NCBI GenBank assembly: GCA_017610205.1
Contig: JAFCCL010000002.1
Coordinates: forward strand, 1 to 64,000
DNA length: 64,000 nt
Direction: 5' to 3'
DNA from: Candidatus Iainarchaeum sp.
GTDB taxonomy: Archaea > Iainarchaeota > Iainarchaeia > Iainarchaeales > GCA-2688035
In this document: positions 57,901 through 64,000 of the stretch, piece after piece
Layout of the letters: each line of letters opens with the position of its first letter
Position numbering within the stretch: the stretch's first letter is position 1
Position numbers and translations under genes: made by a program
Notes under the pieces: model-generated
Seen by the model: the letters and a program-made list of their open reading frames with translations, nothing else
What the model was told of the DNA's origin: nothing
The model's database searches: none

Positions 57901-58602
57901 TTAAATCCTCCTTACACCAACTTTGTCAAAAAAAGGCTTTAAGGTTTTTGCAAAATTTTCCAGCTCTTCAACAGAAAAAGAACCGGTCCCCTGCAATTTG
58001 GAATCAAGCAAATCAATATTTGAATTGAACTGCTGTAAGAAAAAAAGCTTGCTTCCCTTAAGCCATTGCCCAATTTCCAAAACATCCTGTTCTTGATGGA
58101 TTTTTGGAACAAGCGTGGTTCTAAATTCATAATCAATTCCTGATTTTCTTATTAGAGAAATACTTTCCTCAATTTTTTTCAAATCAACTTTTACTCCTGC
58201 TGCCGTTTCATATTCTTTTTTTGAAGATTTTATATCCATTGAAATGTAATCCAAAAGATTTTTTTTCAAAAGAATTTTTAGCATTTCCGGAACCGTGCCA
58301 TTTGTATCAAGTTTTGACAAAAATCCAAGAGCTTTTGTTTTTTCAAGAAACAAAGGCAGGTCTTTGTGCAGGGTTGGTTCTCCACCAGTAATGCAAACAC
58401 CGTCCAAAAAACCCTTGCGTTCTTTGAAGAAGTCAAAAACTTCAGCTTCAGTTATTTCAACACCTGTGTCTTCGTCAAAAACAAGCTGTTTGTTGTAACA
58501 AAAAGGGCACCTGAAATTACACTTTGGCAAAAAAAGAGTGCAGGCAACTTTGCCTGGAAAATCTATCAAAGTTGTTTTTTGAATTCCTTTGAAAATAATC
58601 AA
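57901..58602 (-). CDS. nrdG: Anaerobic RNR activating enzyme (radical SAM)
   Basis: GIQKTTLIDFPG, CNFRCPFC, TGGEPT, KLDTNG, YEFRTT. Confidence 0.93.
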   Translation of the reverse strand: MIIFKGIQKTTLIDFPGKVACTLFLPKCNFRCPFCYNKQLVFDEDTGVEITEAEVFDFFKERKGFLDGVCITGGEPTLHKDLPLFLEKTKALGFLSKLDTNGTVPEMLKILLKKNLLDYISMDIKSSKKEYETAAGVKVDLKKIEESISLIRKSGIDYEFRTTLVPKIHQEQDVLEIGQWLKGSKLFFLQQFNSNIDLLDSKLQGTGSFSVEELENFAKTLKPFFDKVGVRRI

Positions 58603-58623
58603 GGTAATACCACCGTAATTTTA

Positions 58624-58770
58624 TTAATCACATTTTTCCAGGGCTTTTTTTGTATCATAGGTTTTTCTTTCAGCAAATTCTTCTTTCTTTCCGTCATTCC
58701 AATTGTTAACAGGGCGAAGATAACCAACAATTCTACTGTAAACTTCACACTGTGCATTACATTTTGACAT
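58624..58770 (-). CDS. Stand-alone glycyl-radical domain of class III RNR (48 aa)
   Basis: Own SD (GGAGGT) and ATG; MSKCNAQCEVYSRIVGYLRPVNNWNDGKKEEF; below the ORF-track size cutoff. Confidence 0.88.
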   Translation of the reverse strand: MSKCNAQCEVYSRIVGYLRPVNNWNDGKKEEFAERKTYDTKKALEKCD

Positions 58771-61700
58771 TTTTTTCAACCTCCTTTTTATCTGTTTTGT
58801 TTTCTTTCACTTCAACCGGGCAGGTAAAATGCTTGCCTTTTATATAGCCGTGTACAGGACAGATGCTGAATGTAGGACTTATTGTATAATAAGGCAGTTT
58901 AAATCCTTGTGCAATCTTTTTTACAAGCCTTGAACATGCTTCTCCTGATTCCATTGCCTCTCCTAAAAAGCCATGCAATACTGTTCCGCCAGTATATTTG
59001 CATTGCAATTCATCCTGATGCTTTAACACATCAAAAATGTCATCACTGTATCCAACAGGCAACTGCGTTGAATTGGTATAATATGGAACTTTTGTTCCTG
59101 CTGTTTTAATATCTGGATAATTCTTTCTGTCAATCTTTGCAAGCCTATAGCTTGATCCCTCTGCAGGCGTTGCTTCAAGATTAAAAATATGGTTTGTCTC
59201 AACTTGGAAGTCTGTTAACCTGTCCCGGAAAAAATCAAGCGTTTTTAAGGCAAACTTTTTTCCCTCGCTTGTTGCAAGCCCTGTTTCCATAAAGTTCAAA
59301 AGGAATTCGTCCATTCCAATAAGACCAATTGTGGAAAAATGATGATTGAGCTCGCCCAAATAGTGCTTGCTCCAGGGCAACAGCCCCTTTTCCATGTTCT
59401 TGTTAACCTCTTTTCTTTTTATCTCCAGGCTTTCTTTTGCAAGATAAAGCAAATTGTCAAGTTTTTCAAACAAATCTGATTCGTCTCTGCTCAAAAAACC
59501 AAGCTTTGGCATATTTATTGTAACAACACCAATGCTTCCGGTTTTTTCCCCAGAACCAAACAAACCGCCTGTCTTTAGCTTAAGCTCTTTAAGATTAAGC
59601 TGCAGCCTGCAGCACATTGATCTAACATCACTTGGCTTAAGGCTGCTGTTTATAAAATTTTGAAAATATGGAATGCCATATTTGGCAGTCATTTCAAAAA
59701 GGGCTTTTGCGTTTTCAGAATCCCAGTCAAATTCTTTTGTTATATTGTAGGTTGGAATTGGAAATGTAAAAACCCTTCCATTAGAATCCCCATTGGCCAT
59801 TACTTCTATAAAAGCCCTGTTAATCAAATCCATCTCAGGCTGGAAATCGGAATAAGTATCACTTTTAGATTCTTTGCCTCCAAGGACAATTGGAACATCC
59901 TGCATGTCTTCAGGAACAGTCCAGTCTATTGTAAGGTTTGTAAAAGGAACCTGGTTGCCCCACCTACTCGTTGCATTGATTGCAAAAATGAACTCCTGCA
60001 TGCTCTGCTTTACTCTTGCATAATCAAGCCTGTCATTCCTTACAAGCGGGGCAAGGTAAGTATCAAAGGAACTGAACGCCTGAGCTCCAGCCCACTCATT
60101 CTGCAAAGTCCCCATAAAATTTACTACTTGACCCAGTGCAGCATTAAAATGCTTTGCAGGCTTTGCACTAATTCGACCTGGAACACCGCCAAAACCCATT
60201 TCAAGCAATTGCCTTAACGACCAACCTGCGCAGTTGTGTGAAAGCATTCCATTGCATAGAAAAGTATGCGATTCTGTTGTTATGTCAAATACAAAAGGAG
60301 AATCGTTTTCAACTGTTTCAATTTTTCTTAGATGAGCAAATTTTTTAAAACAAGGCTCTTTTTGCGAGAACTTAAATTTGTTTTGAGTTACTTTAAGCGA
60401 TTGAGAAAACAGATATGCCTTTGTTTCAGGAATGAAAACAGAAAGAGAGTAAAGTTGTTTCTTAGACTTTATTATACGATTATTAAATTCTCTTTCGCCA
60501 AATGAATCAATTGTAGAAAGAGAAGAATTTATGCCACGAGATTGCAGCCAAAATTGCATTTGACCCAACAAGGTTTTTGAAGTTAATCTTACAACTGCCC
60601 TAGAAACCCATTTGTCATCAGTTCTAACAATACCGTCTCCATCTATTACTCCTGAAACCATTCCCCCAACACAATTGTCAGAATAGTTAATGAATTCTGC
60701 CGGAAGATTCTTATTTTCAGAATAAGCACGCATTTGACCAAACACAGTTCCAAGTTCAAAAGAAAGCTGGTTCAAATCAATTCTGACAACCAAAGTCCCT
60801 TGAAGAGATTGGTTCATTAAGACATTTCCAAAATCTACAACATTCCAATCACTGGTTTCCCTGTTTCTCAGAGCAGTAGAAAATCCGGTTGTTTTGCTTG
60901 CCAAATAGGCCAATAACTTGTGAGCTTCTACACTTTGAGAATTTAATTCAAATGCAAGATAATGATTGTCCTTAAAATAGCCTTCTGCAGCAAAAAATCC
61001 AATAAACCAACCATCTTCTTCATCCAAAGAAGAGCCATTGCCTTGTTTTAATGCAAACCCAGGAGTTACAGCATAATTACTCATAGTTAACTCTCCTGCA
61101 GCGGTTTCTTTTCTTTGGTCAGCAATCAATTCAATTGGTTTTTTAAAAGTGTTTTCACAACCCCTGCATTTATAGTAATCAAAACCGTTGCGATTGCTTC
61201 TATTTTTAAAAACATTTTTGCTTCCGCATGCATTGCATTTAAAAAACTCTTTCTCTTGATTCAAGGCAATAAAGGGATGGTCAGCGGTAACAATTAAATT
61301 GTAGCCGTTTGCCGAATTAATTGACAACAATGGTTTTTCCGTTTCATGCCTTAACACTCTTTTTAAATCAGTCCAGCCACCCTCATCCAAAACCTCAAAG
61401 TCATTAGTGTATTTAATTTCAAAACCGTTTTCTTCCACTATGTTTGAATCAACCAAATCAAACAACTGTTCCAAAGCCAAGCAAAAAAGCTTACTGGAAG
61501 CTTTTTCTCTCACAACAACTGTTTCATTTCTATAAAAAGAATAGCCTGAAAAAACACCGTTTCCCAAATCATGAATGTGAAAATCCGCATTTCTGTGCGC
61601 GTTTGAAATTTCTGCAGGGTAGATATTTCGCAAAGCATACTCGGCAATTACTGCAGCGCTTACATGAGCCTGCAATCCTGACAGAGAATAGGAGGCATTG

Positions 61701-62089
61701 CTGTTTTCAGAAACTCTCCAGTCACTTATTTGCACATAATCGTCAATAATCTTGTTTATTTTGCTCAAAAAGGCCTTACTGTCCCTCAAATTGCTTCTGT
61801 TTTGCCTGTAAAGAATGTAAGCTTTTGCGGTTTTTGCATGACCTGATTCAATTAGCTCTTTTTCAACAGCGTCGGAAACAGCTTCAATATCAACAGGTGC
61901 TGTTCCAAACTGTATTTTAAGCCTGTGAACTATTCTTTGAGTAAGTTCTTGTGCAACCTTTCTATCCTGTCCACCAACAGCCTTTGCAGCAGCAAAAATA
62001 GCGTCCTCTATCCTTTGTTCGTTAAAAGAAACAAGGCTTCCATCCCGTTTTTTCACATTTTCCAAAAATTTCTTTACCACTTGTATCAA
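58757..62089 (-). CDS. nrdD: Class III anaerobic ribonucleoside-triphosphate reductase, large part (ATP cone, intein; lacks the glycyl motif)
   Basis: ATP cone VKKRDG, HIHDL, CAGW, SMCCRL, EATPAE, YYTNST, CPVHG..CP. Confidence 0.95.
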   Translation of the reverse strand: MIQVVKKFLENVKKRDGSLVSFNEQRIEDAIFAAAKAVGGQDRKVAQELTQRIVHRLKIQFGTAPVDIEAVSDAVEKELIESGHAKTAKAYILYRQNRSNLRDSKAFLSKINKIIDDYVQISDWRVSENSNASYSLSGLQAHVSAAVIAEYALRNIYPAEISNAHRNADFHIHDLGNGVFSGYSFYRNETVVVREKASSKLFCLALEQLFDLVDSNIVEENGFEIKYTNDFEVLDEGGWTDLKRVLRHETEKPLLSINSANGYNLIVTADHPFIALNQEKEFFKCNACGSKNVFKNRSNRNGFDYYKCRGCENTFKKPIELIADQRKETAAGELTMSNYAVTPGFALKQGNGSSLDEEDGWFIGFFAAEGYFKDNHYLAFELNSQSVEAHKLLAYLASKTTGFSTALRNRETSDWNVVDFGNVLMNQSLQGTLVVRIDLNQLSFELGTVFGQMRAYSENKNLPAEFINYSDNCVGGMVSGVIDGDGIVRTDDKWVSRAVVRLTSKTLLGQMQFWLQSRGINSSLSTIDSFGEREFNNRIIKSKKQLYSLSVFIPETKAYLFSQSLKVTQNKFKFSQKEPCFKKFAHLRKIETVENDSPFVFDITTESHTFLCNGMLSHNCAGWSLRQLLEMGFGGVPGRISAKPAKHFNAALGQVVNFMGTLQNEWAGAQAFSSFDTYLAPLVRNDRLDYARVKQSMQEFIFAINATSRWGNQVPFTNLTIDWTVPEDMQDVPIVLGGKESKSDTYSDFQPEMDLINRAFIEVMANGDSNGRVFTFPIPTYNITKEFDWDSENAKALFEMTAKYGIPYFQNFINSSLKPSDVRSMCCRLQLNLKELKLKTGGLFGSGEKTGSIGVVTINMPKLGFLSRDESDLFEKLDNLLYLAKESLEIKRKEVNKNMEKGLLPWSKHYLGELNHHFSTIGLIGMDEFLLNFMETGLATSEGKKFALKTLDFFRDRLTDFQVETNHIFNLEATPAEGSSYRLAKIDRKNYPDIKTAGTKVPYYTNSTQLPVGYSDDIFDVLKHQDELQCKYTGGTVLHGFLGEAMESGEACSRLVKKIAQGFKLPYYTISPTFSICPVHGYIKGKHFTCPVEVKENKTDKKEVEKNVKM
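60233..61540 (-). mobile_element. Intein (436 aa) with LAGLIDADG endonuclease and Zn ribbon, in nrdD
   Basis: Splits GY|CAGW; starts with Ser, block B VTADHPF, GFFAAEG and SGVIDGDG motifs, ends SHN followed by Cys. Confidence 0.92.
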
Positions 62090-62197
62090 CTCCGAATTCT
62101 AAAACCGTTTTTGCCAAATTTTTAGAAAAGCAAACCCTGGAAATAAATAAAGAACCTAAGCCTATATAAAGAATGATTATAGTTTAGTTTACGTTAG

Positions 62198-62458
62198 CTA
62201 ATCAAATTTTAAAAAGCCAAAAAATTCGCTTTCTAAACCACAACCCAAATTTTTTTGGCACAAAGTTTGATTTTTTAATTCAGCAAGAAAGCACCTATTC
62301 GGATTCCTTTTACAAACAGGAGAATATATGTTTAACTTGAGTAAGTTTTTAGTGCAACCGCCTGCCAAAAAACAAACAAAGCATATTTCAGGACTTTCTG
62401 CAGAGAAGCAGTTAACAGATTCAAGACCTTCACAACAAGGAATGTCGTCAAAAGCCAA
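62198..62458 (-). CDS. Small Cys-rich hypothetical protein
   Basis: 86-aa ORF with ten Cys and a TTG start; no family recognised. Confidence 0.35.
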   Translation of the reverse strand: MAFDDIPCCEGLESVNCFSAESPEICFVCFLAGGCTKNLLKLNIYSPVCKRNPNRCFLAELKNQTLCQKNLGCGLESEFFGFLKFD

Positions 62459-62546
62459 ATCGGCATTATAAAAGAAAAAAGAATAAGGGGCAAGATTATC
62501 TTTTTTCCTTCTGTCCCTTACAGTGTTATTATTTCCTCAAACTTAA

Positions 62547-63683
62547 TTATTCTACTTTTGCAATTTCTTGGTCTATAACCTTTTTGAGCTCAGAAAAAGA
62601 TACAGCCCCTGAAATTAATTGACCATTGATGTAATAAGCAGGAACACCACTAACACCTATAGATTGAGCTTCTTGTATATCCAGCTGAATGGCTTGTGCG
62701 TATTTCCCGCTATCTAAACAGGTATTGAATTGCTGTTGATTCAAACCCAAATCGATAGCCCACAGTTTGAAATTTTCTGTGTTTAAATTATCTCTGTTTT
62801 TATAAACAATATCGTGATATTCCCAAAATTTACCCTGTTCATGAGCACACTCTGCAGCCAAAGCAGTTGGAAGAGCCTGTGGGTGAAAGCTCAATGGAAA
62901 ATGTTTATAAACCAACTTAACCTTTCCTGTATCAATATACTGTTCTTTTAGGTTAGGATAAATAGGTTCCCACTCTGGGTTTTGTTGCTTCAATTGTTGA
63001 GAAACAGGAGTATCAACGCCTTCAGAAGCTCCACAGAAAGGGCATTCTACTTCTGAAAATTCGTAAATGGTAACAGGCGCATCTTCATTGCCTAGAATTG
63101 CATTATCGCCAACACTTAATTGCACAGGTGGGTTTTGTGGTGGCTGTTCCTGTAGCTGAACCTCTGGAATCGGCGCTTCCAAGTCAATTATCTGCCCTGC
63201 AATCATTGTTGTTCCATCTTTTGTAACATATACTCCACCGATTTGATTCTGATCATCTTTTGAAAGCTTGAATTCTACAAGGTAAAGCTCGTCATTAAAT
63301 TCTTCAAAAGTAGTAATTTCTACAACAATTTCTTGTAACTTAAAGTTTTCTTCAAGGTAGGCAAGAACTTTTGCTTCAAGCGCTGCCTCGTCAATTGCAC
63401 CCTGGCCTATGTTTCCTTCAGCCGGCAATGCAACCAAGCCAATTCCAATCCCAGGCAAGACAACCTGGCCGACAAGAATTCCAACAACAAGCCCAACAAT
63501 TGCCAACGCAGCAATTTTTGCGTTTAAAACGCCTGTAAGAGAATTTGATTCCTTGCCCTCTTCCCCTTGAGTCTCCTCAGGGGTTTCTTCCGGAGTTTCC
63601 TCAGGAGTTTCTTCCGGAGTTTCCTCAGGAGTTTCCTCAGGAGTTTCTTCGTCTTGCCTTTCAGCATCTTTTTTATCAACCAT
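62547..63683 (-). CDS. Membrane-anchored DsbA-family thiol-disulfide oxidoreductase
   Basis: EFSE..CPFC, KHFPL..H, AAECA..QGKFWEYHD, GVP...ING; single TM. Confidence 0.92.
   Translation of the reverse strand: MVDKKDAERQDEETPEETPEETPEETPEETPEETPEETQGEEGKESNSLTGVLNAKIAALAIVGLVVGILVGQVVLPGIGIGLVALPAEGNIGQGAIDEAALEAKVLAYLEENFKLQEIVVEITTFEEFNDELYLVEFKLSKDDQNQIGGVYVTKDGTTMIAGQIIDLEAPIPEVQLQEQPPQNPPVQLSVGDNAILGNEDAPVTIYEFSEVECPFCGASEGVDTPVSQQLKQQNPEWEPIYPNLKEQYIDTGKVKLVYKHFPLSFHPQALPTALAAECAHEQGKFWEYHDIVYKNRDNLNTENFKLWAIDLGLNQQQFNTCLDSGKYAQAIQLDIQEAQSIGVSGVPAYYINGQLISGAVSFSELKKVIDQEIAKVE
63570..63650 (-). repeat. 12-bp coding tandem repeat (EETP, about 7 copies)
   Basis: AGTTTCCTCAGG/AGTTTCTTCCGG units in the DsbA N-terminus. 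Confidence 0.9.
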
Positions 63684-63751
63684 ATAATAAAATTGATTAC
63701 AAAAGACTTAAAAAGCTTCTTTTATTGTGGGCAAGCATGATAAAAAAAAAT

Positions 63752-64000
63752 TCATGGCAATATAAAAACCAGGTCTTTCTCAGAGTCAATTTGCCTGAAT
63801 TCCCTAAAAAGTGTTTTTGCCTGCGAAAAATTTTTTGCCCTCTTAAAAAAAGAAATTGCAATTTTTCCGTTCTTTTTAACAACCCTGTCAATTTCACGTT
63901 TAGCAATTTCAAGATTTGAGTGGTGCAAAGCAGTAAGGCTAATTACTGAATCAAAGCAAGTGTCCCTGAAAGGAAGCTGCTCTGCCCTGGCAACTACCTT
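63752..64000 (-). CDS. Class I SAM methyltransferase, 3' part (runs off window end)
   Basis: ...ARAEQLPFRDTCFDSVISLTALHH...EIDRVVK; TGA at 63752. Confidence 0.75.
   Translation of the reverse strand, partial: KVVARAEQLPFRDTCFDSVISLTALHHSNLEIAKREIDRVVKKNGKIAISFFKRAKNFSQAKTLFREFRQIDSEKDLVFILP

Noticed and set aside
63570-63650. CRISPR array
   Set aside because: Contiguous in-frame 12-bp coding repeats without spacers; no CRISPR or cas genes in the window
63697-63912. 71-aa ORF from the track
   Set aside because: Wrong frame; the real gene is the partial methyltransferase ending at 63752

Overview
Low-GC archaeal chromosomal segment, most likely from a DPANN lineage (Iainarchaeota/Diapherotrites-like; the lineage is inferred). 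Archaeal markers include GatD/GatE, fibrillarin, Nop5, NMD3, an ATP-dependent ligase and archaeal-type ProRS/GlyRS. Most of the window is housekeeping: proS, glyS, a bacterial-type non-discriminating aspS with gatCAB, gatD/gatE, fba, pgi/pmi, glycosyltransferases and an intein-containing, split class III RNR. There are seven tRNA genes. Accessory DNA comprises three free-standing LAGLIDADG/HTH genes, each near a tRNA 5' end or tRNA locus, an IS200-type element, a decayed IS66 and a decayed RelE-like toxin. The most unusual signals are non-coding. (1) At 6.4-7.1 kb, a structured RNA, a bacterial tRNA-Ser-like body carrying an Ile (UAU) anticodon and a PC4/Whirly-like small protein form a cassette. 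(2) At 24.75-24.86 kb, a ~110-nt promoter/terminator-bounded RNA displays three anti-Shine-Dalgarno motifs. (3) A self-neutralising duplication of the tRNA-Gln 5' end. (4) A REPIN-like pair of covarying hairpins. (5) ORB-like repeats. No CRISPR array or rRNA was seen. All calls come from reading the sequence; no database searches were run.
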